Shown here piece after piece: positions 11,661 to 24,986 of a stretch of 64,000 bases of DNA (the stretch's first letter is position 1; the number at the start of each line of letters is the position of its first letter). The notes under the pieces are model-generated. The model worked only from the letters and a program-made list of their open reading frames with translations, did no database searches and was not told the DNA's origin. The DNA comes from Octopus vulgaris (Eukaryota). Location: assembly GCA_951406725.2 (NCBI GenBank), contig OX597819.1:56110001-56174000 (forward strand), in the 5' to 3' direction. Position numbers and translations under genes: made by a program.

Positions 11661-12160
11661 TAGTGTGAACATTTCTGATTTGGCCTCTTAAAAGTAGCCG
11701 ATTCCAAGACAGAAAGCAAGAAAATGAGAGTGGAATAGAGGGAAAAAAGGAGGAAGAAAAGAGAGAGAGAGAGAGAGAGAGAGGGAGCTAAAGACAGGGG
11801 AAGAAAGAGGGAAGTAGAGGGAAATGGAGGGAAAGATAGGAAGAGAACAGGAAGGAGATACAGAAAATGGATAGAGAGGGAGAAAAAGAAACGGAGAGAG
11901 AGAGAGAGAGAGAGGAAGACAGAGGGGTAACGGGAAAAAGGGAATGACGGAGAAAGGGAGAGAAAGAGATAGAGAGAGCGTGAAAGAGAAAGAGAGAGAG
12001 GAGGTGGAGGAGAAGGAAGAGGACACAATTTCTGTACTCGACTGGTTCTTATTTATCTTTTCCGAAAGGTCGAAAGGCAAAGACGATCTCGGTGGCATTT
12101 GAATATACAGGCACTTATTCACTCACACATACACACGCACACACACACTCGCACATACAC

Positions 12161-12234
<74 letters not shown>

Positions 12235-12945
12235 CTCAGAGAACTGGAACAAGCACCAAAAGGTATTTTGTCCGACACTCAAAAGAACGTATCATTTCAC
12301 TGCCTAGGAAGAAATGATCTAGAAATCTCTCTTAGGAGATTAGCTATCATTAATTATCATCAATTAGTTAAGTCAGTTCAGCGATCAAATCTTTCCCAAT
12401 CTAATTTTACCTTTCCAACCTGTCGAAATCGATAAAATGTATAGTAGCAATCAAATTTTGGGGTCGTTGAGACCAACTCTTTCCCTCAGAGTCCATGTCT
12501 TTCTACCTACATATTAGAATTGATTAATTAGGTAAGTCAGTAGTGCTAACGTACTTAAATAATAAAACAGATTTAATTAATAATTAGAGCTTGCGTTAAT
12601 GCTTTCCTACCATTAGCGTATGCGTAGTTCTAATTTTAATTAATCAAGATCCGGGAGTTATAACTCTTGTTTTGATTAGATTTAAGCATTCAGCTGATGT
12701 TTTTGTCTTCTTCGTTGTAGAGAAAACCAGTCTTCATGCAGTAAGTATATTAGCACTGACGTAAACGTAACTAAGCGGGTGGAACCACAAGATAATTTCC
12801 GTCGATCGTTATATAATCAAATAGTTAAGCTTGTTCTAACAGCTTTCATATATTGAGGATTAGGTGTATTATACAAACGTCACAGCATAATACATGACTT
12901 CCTCTGCATACTCGTCACTACTTCGGCAAGTACGGTGAAGTATAT

Positions 12946-12996
12946 GGTTAGCTGAGGAGGTTAAGTACAATCGAAACATTCCGGAAGTTGTCTACC
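12946..12996 (+). ncRNA. Aged type I hammerhead motif
   Basis: CTGAGGA-ggtt aagtac aatc-GAAA-cattccggaagttg-TC; stem III near-palindromic; stem I imperfect. Confidence 0.55.
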
Positions 12997-14034
12997 TCTA
13001 TTATGCAAGATAATATTGCATTTTCTTCACCGAGTAGATTTTTCAAATTGAATTTTTGATGCTCACATTCTTTTAACACTATTTTCATTATTGTTTTTTG
13101 TGCAGACGGCATCGCTGAATAAATAACTTCAGTGAATAACTTTGCAATATTTATAATTAACATCGATTTAGTTTCGGACCAACTTCATAATGACTGCTAG
13201 TTTCTAAATTAAAATATTTCCCCACAAGATTATATTTAACCTGGTTACGGACACCAAGTGAAGAATTGCAGAAGCAATATGGAAACCTTAAAGTAGAAAC
13301 TTGATATGCTAGAAATAGCAGTGAAATGTTTCTCAACTCCCACCCACCGTGTAAAAAATGGAAGATATACTGGATAACGTAATCAGAGATAAACTATGCT
13401 TAAAAATAGAAGGCAATATTTGAGAATCTTTAATCTTTAATCATAGATTTGCTCAATCAGAACCTTGGCCTTAAAAATAAGAGCTACTCTCACAACTACA
13501 AGAAGAAAAAGAAAAAGAAGAACAATAAGACAGCAGGGAAACGACAACAACTCGAGCAGCTAACTCTGTACAGTATAAACTTTTCTCGAGTCACGTATCT
13601 GATTCATTCGTTTATCAAATATTCTTTTCTACTCAAGGCACAAGGCCCGAAATTTTTTGTAGGGAGGGGGCCATTCGATTAGATCGCCACCAGTACGACT
13701 AAACCTTTATGAGTAGATTCGGTGGATGGAAACCGTAAGAATTCCGTCGAGTACACGCACACACACAGAGACACACACACATGTACGAGGTCTGATCAGA
13801 CAGCATCGGGTCTGTAGCTATTGTAACGGAGCTAAACAACGCAGAATGAAGTCAATCGGCACAGATTGACTTTGGCATTTGTCGCGCATGCACACCAGGG
13901 TATAATGTTGCCGTTTACTTCCGCTGCTTGTAACAGTGCTTGTAAGAAAAGTGAGTAGTGTGTGGTCGCTTCAAAAAGAAGATCGTACAAGATGTCCTTG
14001 ATTGTGTTGACAAAACTTTTGAAAACAGTCATAG

Positions 14035-14074
<40 letters not shown>

Positions 14075-14078
<4 letters not shown>

Positions 14079-14566
14079 GTTGTCCGGAAAGTTCGTGTCG
14101 ATTTATAGTAGCTTACCTTTCGACTTATTTTAGAACATGGTTGAGTCCATAGAATAGGATTTGACTACACCTCTATTTAGAGCACAGTTTAAGCTATCTT
14201 TTCGTGGAAGAAGGTTTATGTTCCTATCACCTGTGTTAATTCTGTAAGAAAGTTCATTTTAGGCACTTGATGCTGTGAGAACCAGACAAAAATTACTGCA
14301 GCTCGGCTGGAATGTATTAACCCACCCTCCATATTCACCAGATATTGCTCCTTCGGACTTTCACTTATTCAGATGTCTGCAGAATAGTCCTAATGGTAAA
14401 AATTTCAATTCCTTGGATGACCTAAAAAGATACCTTGATGAGGAAAGATTGAGACGCAGTGTGCAACAAAATGGTTCATATTTGGTTGATTAAAAATGTA
14501 ATAGCAAGTATTTATCGACCTTTTTCTTTCCTTTAAAAACCGGCACGAACTTTCCGGGCAACTCAA
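14075..14566 (+). mobile_element. Internally deleted mariner element
   Basis: TIR ttgggttgtccggaaagttcgtg / cacgaactttccgggcaactcaa, TA flanks; transposase motif HPPYSPDIAPSDFHLF. Confidence 0.95.
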
Positions 14567-15628
14567 TATATTTGTGTGTGTGTATGTTTGTCTCCGCTCC
14601 ACCTCTTGACAACCAGAGTTAGTTTGTTTACGTTTGCCTATCTAAGGAGTTCAGCAAGAGAACGATAGAATAAATACCAGATAAAAAAAAAAACTCCTTG
14701 GTACTAGGAGCAATTTGTTCAAAGCTGTGCCCCATCACCGCCGCATTTCAATGACTGAAATAGGTAAAAGATAAAAAGGAATAAAAATGGTAAAAAATAA
14801 ATGCACTATTAACCTTTCCACTGAACTCATTCATTGTTATTTATAGACATTTAACATATGTCCGATAAATATATTCACAATTCTTTCATAAATATTCTAA
14901 AATTAAGCTTTTGTCTATATTGTATTATAATAATTATCGATTTGCAGCTGTTCTGTTTTTCAACCGTTCATAATTTTAACATTCCAGGAGATTTCAAATG
15001 ATAATTAAATAACGTAGGAAACAGAAATATGGAAATTCACCTGAGAGAATTGTGCGACTTCTAATGAAAAGTCGTAGTAAACGTGTTCCATTGGAAGCTT
15101 TCGTTCCCAGAAGATTTATGTGCGTTTTAATCTAGCTTAAGAATAAATCTATTTGGATGGGTGAAATTAATTTCTATATACGTGTCTCCATCTCTGAGAC
15201 AATAGTATTTCATATTTGAATTATCATTTTGATTCTATATATTTTAAGATATTTTCTTCTAAGTTTTGTATTTTTGCTGGTAGTCATTCAAGTGAACAAA
15301 ATCACATTTATATTTAGACTTTATTTCCTTCTCTTATTCATATTCAGTATTAATACTGATTTCATTACTATAAATGAGATTGTGGCTAGAATTATTCAAA
15401 CTATAAACAGCATTTTCCAAAAATAAAGACAAAAAAAAATATTGAAATGTTTGTGTCCTTGTCCTTATTTTACAATACGAACACAACCAAGGTTATGTAT
15501 ACACATGCACACATATATACACACACATGCACACAAACACACACATTGGTGAAAATATCACTATAACTATCCGTCTGCCATTTTGTATGAATTATTGATT
15601 GTTTCTCTCTTTGTTTACCCCGCCTTCT

Positions 15629-15710
<82 letters not shown>

Positions 15711-15715
<5 letters not shown>

Positions 15716-15900
15716 TAATCCAAACAAGAAAACACAGAAAAAAAGAGAAAAAAAACACAACAACGCAGGACGTGGAACAATTAAAGTATTATTGACGCTC
15801 AGGAAAGAAGGGAAGGAGGGTTTAACGTTTCGAGCGGAGCTCTTCGTCGGAAACAAGGAGAAGGAAAGATCCCAAGGAGGGAAGACAGAGGAGACAATAT
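15711..15900 (-). mobile_element. Penelope-like terminal fragment (family C) with minimal hammerhead at 15820-15854
   Basis: Minus strand gttt-CCGACGA-a gagc tcc gctc-GAAA-cg-TT-aaac; 3' end joins (TA)n; same 3' end at 63889-63947. Confidence 0.7.
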
Positions 15901-16221
15901 TTGAGCTGGTGGTGCTTAAGAGATCACATGTTGAAAAGAACAGAATTTGGAGGTAGTTGAAAAATGGTTTTATAATGCAAGAGAGTTCCAAAAAAAAGGA
16001 ATGCCTGTGTGTGTGTGTGTGTGTGCAAGATGACAAGTGTGTTTGTGCGTGTGTGTGTGTGTGTGTGTGTGTATTTTTTGATGAATGAATGTAATGACAA
16101 AGCCAGCTGTGGTGATGACTGCTAGCTGTTTGTGTCAAGCTAGGTCAAAGCCAGGTCAAAAAACAAAGGGCTATATGTATCATAGTGTATGTGTTGTTTG
16201 TATATATATGTGTGTGCGTGT

Positions 16222-16265
<44 letters not shown>

Positions 16266-16328
16266 TATTTAAGTTGATATGATGTAATAATGACCTAGTG
16301 AAATATATATATATATTTTATATATATA

Positions 16329-16560
16329 TTAATAGTAATAGTAAGACAGCAAAAGATTGAAAGAGACCTCGATATTATGCAAATAGAGGAATTTATCTGT
16401 AAATATAATATGTGACAATTGTTCGGTAGCCATGATAAATCTCCGAGTTTCGGATGTCGGTGCGGAAACCCGCATCAGCATCTCTTCAGTTATCGGGACA
16501 TTAAAAATGCTATGAAAATGACCGTTTAACAAATGGAAATGACTATGTGATTGACCGTTA
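16329..16560 (-). mobile_element. Penelope-like terminal fragment with degenerate hammerhead at 16434-16494
   Basis: Minus strand gataa-CTGAAGA-gatg..tgcgg gttt ccgca..catc c-GAAA-ctcggag-at-ttatc; U16.1 not conserved. Confidence 0.6.
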
Positions 16561-17029
16561 TTAAGACAAAAGAGCTATTAGAATGACCGCTAAATAAGGG
16601 GAGGGAGTAAAAGGTAAAGGAGTAAAAATGCTCATAGCAATCGCGTAAGCGCGCATGTCCATACATACATATGCGTGCCCGCACACCCAACTACATGTGC
16701 CTATAGGCATATACTCATCCACACTCACTTTAAACACACACATTCGCCAAATAATATATACATACCCGATTACACGCTCACACACACACACAGCTGTATT
16801 ATAATCTACTAATATAATAATGAGTGTAGAGCTTTTATATATTTGTATATATGTATCTATATATATATTTGTCCAAAATCACGCAGTAAGGTTGAAGGGA
16901 GAGGAGAGAAAACAGTAATTCAGTGAAGGAGAAGTAGTGAGAGTAATACCCATGACTGAGAGGGAGTGGGAGAAAATAATAACAATGAGAGAGAGAGGAA
17001 GTGGCAAAGAGAGCGTCGTGCATCTTCTA

Positions 17030-18180
17030 TTATAAGTTAAGTTAATTTTTTGGCTCAAAAAGCAAAAAGCAAGGCCATGTAGGGGGACATGGAGTTATGT
17101 ACAGGGAGGGTGTTCATGCAAAGAGTTCAGGCCATTTCTGGTCAAGAGAGACTTTGAACCGAGCGGTCGTCGGCATCTTCACTATCCCGTCCGGCAGCTT
17201 ATTCCACGGATCCGTAACACGGACGGAGAAAGCCCCTCTCCTTCGATTGAGATGAAATCGTCGCAGATAGAGCTTTTCGGAGTGACCCCGCAGCCGACGC
17301 TCTGGAGCAGGAGTGAAGAACAGCTCTTTCGAGAGGTTACACTTTCCGCTTATGATGTTGTGAGCGAGAATGAGATCACCACGGCGTCGTCGTTTTTCTA
17401 GAGAATAAAGGTCGAGCGTCTTCAGCCTTTCTTCATAAGACAAATGCTTGAGACCAAGAACCATGCGGGTAGCCAGCTTCTGGACTATTTCGAGATGATG
17501 TATCTCTTTGAGGAGATAAGGAGAAGAGGCTTGAATCCCGTACTCCAATATGGGTCTCACCGGCGTGATATAGAGCGGTAGGAATATGGATGCTGTGAGC
17601 ATTCCGAATGACCGTCGAATCAAAAACAGAACTCCGCGTGCTTTGTTGGCAGCATGGACGCACTGGGCCGAAGGCGAAAAGGAATAATCCACCAAGTTAC
17701 CCAGGTCCTTTACCTGGTCGGTCCTCTCCAGCAGCAGACGACCCGGCTCGAAATCAAGTTGAGTTGCAGGAGAAGAGCCAAAAGGCAGATGACAGCACTT
17801 TGACACGTTCAGACACAGGTCCCATTCGTTAGACCCTCTCCAAACTTGGTGGAGGCATCGACGAAGATCATCTATATCACCGCGAGGAGTGACCAGTTTG
17901 ACATCATCGGCAAATAGAAGGGTGTGTTGCGTGAGGTCGTCGGGCAAGTCATTTATGAAGACTAAAAACAATAAGGGCCCAAGCACTGAACCTTGAGGCA
18001 CGTCACTGCTCGCACTGGAGATGTCGAACAGCGAACCATTAACTTGGACTTGGAAGGAGCGATCTGAGAGGAAGGTACCAACCCATCGTACAATATCCGG
18101 ATGGAAACTATATGCTTGAAGCCTGACAAGTAATAGGCGGTGGTTAACCGAGTCACTACAATAATACTCCTTTGTATTTC
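17030..18180 (-). mobile_element. 5'-truncated CR1/L2-group LINE
   Basis: RT C-terminal half, short 3' UTR and (TTAAC)-like tail. Confidence 0.9.
17114..18001 (-). pseudogene. LINE reverse transcriptase fragment (295 aa open frame)
   Basis: PQGSVLGPLLFLVFINDL, FADD, RPILEY, SYEERLKTLDLYSLEKRRRRGDLI, FSVRVTDPWNKLP motifs; upstream part frameshifted. Confidence 0.95.
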
Positions 18181-18489
18181 TCCGTCACAGCATATGAATG
18201 AGAAATAATGGGGTGATCCACCGATAGACGTGGGATGGTGAAAAGTCAACGGTGAAACAAAAATCAAACAGCGCTTCAACTCTGCGTGAGTATATGTGTG
18301 CGTGTGTAAAAGGGAGGAATGTGAAAGTTTGTGTATGTGTGTGTGTGTGTGCCTGTGTGTGTGTATGTGTGCGTTTGTGTAAAATAAATTTTGTATGTTT
18401 GAGTGTTTGTGTGTGTTTATTTAGAAACAGATAGAAAATAGAATTACAGGCACATGCGCATTTAGAAATACATACATACATATATATAT

Positions 18490-18865
18490 GGATGGAAGCA
18501 CTCCGTCGGTTACGACGATGAGGGTTCCGGTTGATCCGAATCAACGGAACAGCCTGCTCGTGAAATTAACGTGTGCACTCCACAGACACGTGCACCCTAA
18601 CGTAGTTCTCGGGGATATTCAGCGTGACACAGAGAGTGACAAGGTCGGCCCCTTGAAATACAGGTACAACGGAAACAGGAAGTAAGAGTGAGAGAAAGTT
18701 GTGGTGAAAGAGTACAGCAGGGATCACCACCATCCCCTACCGGAGCCTCGTAGAGCTTTTAGGTACTTTCGCTCAATAAACACCCACAACGCCCGGTCTG
18801 GGAATCGAAACCGCAATCCTATGACCGCGAGTCCGTTGCCCTAACCACTGGGCCATTGCGCCTCC
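18490..18865 (-). mobile_element. tRNA(Arg)-like headed SINE S3, tail type 1
   Basis: Head ggcgcaatggcccagtggttagggc...tttcgattccc; same tail at 35795-35980. Confidence 0.85.
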
Positions 18866-18867
18866 AC

Positions 18868-19752
<885 letters not shown>

Positions 19753-19759
19753 ATACATA

Positions 19760-19959
19760 TACGTTTAAATATTTGTTGTGCAAGATATTTTATGTGAAGT
19801 CGTGTGTTGAAACAGATGTTGTTATATTTCGGAATGGTCATAATGCCAGTTTAGCCAATAAAAACACACGCACTATATATGAAGCAAAATAACACCAAAT
19901 ATATAGTGCGTGTGTTTTTATTGGCTAAACTGGCAATATGACCATTCCGAAATATAACA

Positions 19960-19960
<1 letters not shown>
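19760..19960. mobile_element. Small (TA)n-flanked fold-back with possible 3' half of a hammerhead
   Basis: Arms 19819-19880/19899-19960; GAAA-cagatg-TT-gttat at 19809-19825. Confidence 0.6.
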
Positions 19961-20020
<60 letters not shown>

Positions 20021-20141
20021 TTGCGAAAAAGCCCGCCATTTTCATAGATATGTAAGATAAACATTCGTACAAGCTACGACGAATTCTACGGTTGGCTATC
20101 GAGTTTGTAATGTTATGTTTTTTCTTATATTTCTTGAGTTT

Positions 20142-20205
20142 GTTGCACTGACGAACATGAAATGCATATTTTGCATTAAATGCGAAATCACATGTGATAT
20201 GTAAC
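20142..20205 (+). ncRNA. Type I hammerhead ribozyme in (TA)n-flanked insert 20018-20330
   Basis: gttgca-CTGACGA-acat..aatgca tattt tgcatt..atgc-GAAA-tcacatgtga-TA-tgtaac; 12-nt palindrome atcacatgtgat. Confidence 0.85.
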
Positions 20206-20372
20206 TGAATTCTTTTTTAAAATGATGTGTTTTGAAGTTTTGCATTCGGTAAAATTTTGTTTATTTTTAGTAGTTTTGACCGCATTGGTCCCTCTTAGCG
20301 TGTTGGTATCTACGAATAGTAGTACCCTCAATATAATATAAATATATATATATATATATGTATATACATATA

Positions 20373-20775
<403 letters not shown>

Positions 20776-20778
20776 ACG

Positions 20779-20817
<39 letters not shown>

Positions 20818-20822
<5 letters not shown>

Positions 20823-21324
20823 AAACGGTCCCAAATAAGGAAGCTTAGTGCTAGAGACACAAAGAGGGATAAATTCATGGAGAAAGTGAAAATCAAAAAC
20901 ATTTACCATTAACGATATATCCCGGACTGATCAGTTTCTACCTCTTTCTAGCAAAACAGACAGAATATGTTTGCCAAGGCAAGGTTCGTCAGCGGGACGC
21001 CTTCCTAATTCTAGATGCACATGTCGATCTAACAATTTGTATATCTTAACTTTTCAAATCTCTGCGCCGACGCAAAATATACCCGACATAGGGCATCCCG
21101 CGATATATCGTTAATGGTAAATCTTTTGATTTTCACTCTCTCCATGAATTTATCCCTCTTTGTGTCTCTAGCACTAAGCTTCCTTATTTGGGAGCCTTTT
21201 ATTATATTTCTATATGAATAATATTTTTTCTATATGAATAATATTTTGTCTAATGACTAATTCGTCTTTTGTGCTAGGCCACTGATAATAATAACCTATG
21301 TTATTACCCTTTTTGATTATGTTC

Positions 21325-21328
<4 letters not shown>
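20818..21328. mobile_element. Fold-back element family D
   Basis: Arms 20818-20924/21098-21205, (TA)n on both sides; homologous to 44013-44598. Confidence 0.85.
20920..20997 (-). ncRNA. Canonical-core type I hammerhead ribozyme
   Basis: tcccg-CTGACGA-acct...aggt a-GAAA-ctgatcag-TC-cggga. Confidence 0.9.
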
Positions 21329-21382
<54 letters not shown>

Positions 21383-22049
21383 CACATAATAGGAATTCAC
21401 TCATGGGATTTATTACGCTAGAAAGAACAGCTAGGTTCCAAAACCACAAAATTAGGGATAAAATCCCGAAAGGTACGAAATGTAAAAATTGGTTTCTGAT
21501 TTTAGTTTAGGAAATAAGATAATTTGTTAGCTGAAATCGTTATCAACAGGTACACCTCAGATTTAATATATTACAGACGATAAAGGCAACCAATTATATG
21601 CCTCGTTGTTTATACATGGCACACTCTTTTCCAAATCTACTGACCTCAGTTGACGTATTCTCGGTCCTCGACAGAGCTATGTATGTATAGCAAATGAAAG
21701 TATTTGAGACCTATTTCTACAAACTTACAACTGATTTAATCATGTGAGGTACTCAGAGAAATGACATACATGTACACATTTTCACTCAGTTGTCTCAGAA
21801 ACTCACGTGCTAAAAGTCTTTTGTCCAAAGACTATATATTTTTAAAGGGACCAATGTACAGAAAGACATAAAAGCTGATCGCATTACATGGAGATTCATC
21901 AACGCTATGAGTAGAACCATAAAATTGGGTACACATACCCACAAGGAACGAACGGTTCTTCAATATAAAACTTCTTTAGACTCCTGGACCAGACATTTCA
22001 TGTTCTCATTTTAATTTGATTACAGTAATCAAGGCATATTTTCTCTCTA

Positions 22050-22650
22050 GGCTGAAATTCTATTATCCTATCTATAATTTTACTGTCTGTCTTCTGTGTT
22101 CCAATAAGTCTGTACTGATTTCTTCTCTTGCCAACGCTGCAGTCCCACATATCTAGTGAATGATGGGGTTTCATTCTGAGGAAGTTGAGTGACCAGCATA
22201 TTTTTGTCTAGTGGTCCCACACAGCAAATTGTCTGACAGCCATGACTGGGTTCTCTAGTCTTAACATGTATGCAGAATGTCCTGTTATCTAGATCTAGTG
22301 TCCTATCTAGCAGGCTATAGGACAGGGAGACATATCTATCTATCCATCAAAAAGATAGCTTAAATCTCTTATGCTCTCTGAGGTGTGGTCAAGATCCTAA
22401 TGGTATAACGTCGCCATCACCAGTGATCACTTTAAACACCATGATGTTGACTGGATGTTTGATTTTTATCATTCTCGGTACATGTCCTCAGATTGCACTG
22501 TCCTCCGATTGATACCCATATTTGCATTGAAGCTTCCGGCGCGGATGCCAAGCATTATAGCATATCGTTTCCAAATTTGTGGCAGAGTGAATTGCGTCAT
22601 GTTTTTCTCACAGACGGTGTCCAACTGACACTACTATACTGTGTAGTCAA
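22050..22650 (-). mobile_element. Highly decayed RTE-type LINE fragment
   Basis: Faint similarity to RTE RT/C-terminal motifs; many stops. Confidence 0.4.
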
Positions 22651-22739
22651 CAAAATCAAAAGCATATAATGCACATGATGTGAGAAGTTAAAAAATATAA
22701 AATGGCGCCAATTTACCAATCGCAGTCATCATATATGTA

Positions 22740-23034
<295 letters not shown>

Positions 23035-23222
23035 ATATATATATATATATACATGTATGTATGTATGTATGTATGTATGTATGTATGTATGTATGTATGT
23101 ATGTATGTATATATATATTATATACATGCATACTTATATACATACTTATATATATATATACATATATGGATACATCCATCCATCCATCCAGCCAGACATA
23201 CATACATACATACATACATACA

Positions 23223-23293
<71 letters not shown>

Positions 23294-24734
23294 GCACATA
23301 TTTATGTGCATGTGGGTGTCTATATATGCAGAATATATGCATGCACGTGAACGTGTGTTTGTGTGTATTTGTGTGTGTGTGTATGTATGTTTGTGTGTGT
23401 GTGTGTGTGTGTGTGAATGAGGGGAAACTTTAGGATTCAGTTCGGTAAACATGATAAGGTGCTGATTGGTGATAATATGGAAGAGAGAAGAAAAAAATTT
23501 TTTTTCTGATTTAGATTTTTTTCTTTCAAATAGCATTGTAATTTATTCTAGTCGTTGGTTCAGAAAGAAAGAGATCTGATCTTAACTTTGAAATAAACCT
23601 TCTTGAAATAGAAAGAGGTTATGGTTGAGTGACGATAAGGCTGCTGATGTTTAGAAAGAAGGGTTATAGATGTCTGGTTGGTGGTGGAAATAAATGACAA
23701 AAATAAATGAATAAAAATATTAATAAAAAAGAAATATACATAAATTAATAAATAAATAAGGAAAAAATTGCTGTTTCGGGTACTTCTTTTAAACTCATTT
23801 TTAATGAATCAAATGCAGTTTATCAAAGTGCATTTGATGTCGACATTATATTAAAGAGCTGAACTTCTTTAAGAACATTTAATTACGAGACATTAAGCTA
23901 TGCATCACATATTCTTAATTCTAAAATCGATTTAACAAGACCTTGGCGCCAAAAAAGTAAAAAGAGAAAAAGAAAATGCTTTTTTTTTTTTTCACAGATT
24001 TTATTCTCAGTATCAGTTGTTTAGAAATAGTTATAAAGAAACGAAATAATTTTTGGTTTTAAATTATGTCTTCACTTATTTCAGAAGAGTTTGTCTTTGA
24101 TTTTATTTCTTTTGATGTTAAATTGGAATAAATTACAGATCTACGTCTTTTGTGAAATATTTCGAGTAAGTCACCCAGGACAATTCCATTTTAATAATGC
24201 TTTGTTGTTTGCACTCTATTGAAAAACAGTGAAGCGTTTCCCTTTGAGACATATGATGGGTCGAGATACTTTATTAATGCCATCTAAATGTTATCTCTGC
24301 TTGACTAAGAATTTTTACTCTCACTACTACTCATTTACGTTAAAAAAAGTTCTAAATTCATCCTGCACACTTGAAACCAATCGGAAAAATGTGTTCAGAT
24401 TAAAACTTAAATCCGTGTAACACTTTTTTTCATTTATTCTTATCTGCTTGACCAGAACAAATTAGAATATAAGGAATTAAATAGAGATGCATAAAATATA
24501 TAGAAAAGAGATAGTATCACTGGTTAAAAACATGGAGCTGAGGGTTGGTACGATTCGATAAAATGACAGATAAATGCATTTGCTGTAGTTAAATATTTAG
24601 CTCTTTACGTTTTGATTTCAAATCCCGCCTCGATCAACTTTGACTTTTATCCAATCAGGGTCAATAAAATAAGTACCAGTCAACCGTCTTCCTTCAAAAT
24701 TGCGGAAAATGAAAAAAACATTATTGGTTAAAAG

Positions 24735-24986
24735 TAATGTTTCTTAGCCAGTTGCTTTTTTTAACCTTTTGATACCTATTTTACTCGGTGGACCTTCAAA
24801 GCTATTCGATGCTTGAAAAAATCCCAATATATTTTTGTAATTAAATATTAATATGAATTGTACAAAAATTGGTAAATCATTTTGTATACTGTAGACATGT
24901 GACCAATTCATTGCACATAAAATTTATCAGCAAAATCTTATATGGGCCCCACCCCGTGTCATGTGGACCTCGGTTGAAAACCACTG
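24735..24986. mobile_element. hAT-type MITE, old
   Basis: Right TIR ggttgaaaaccactg; 8-bp direct repeat gttaaaag at 24727-24734 and 24987-24994; left TIR degenerate. Confidence 0.6.

Noticed and set aside
13783-14032. Additional mariner-like MITE starting tacgaggtctgatca
   Set aside because: Right TIR too degenerate to support boundaries
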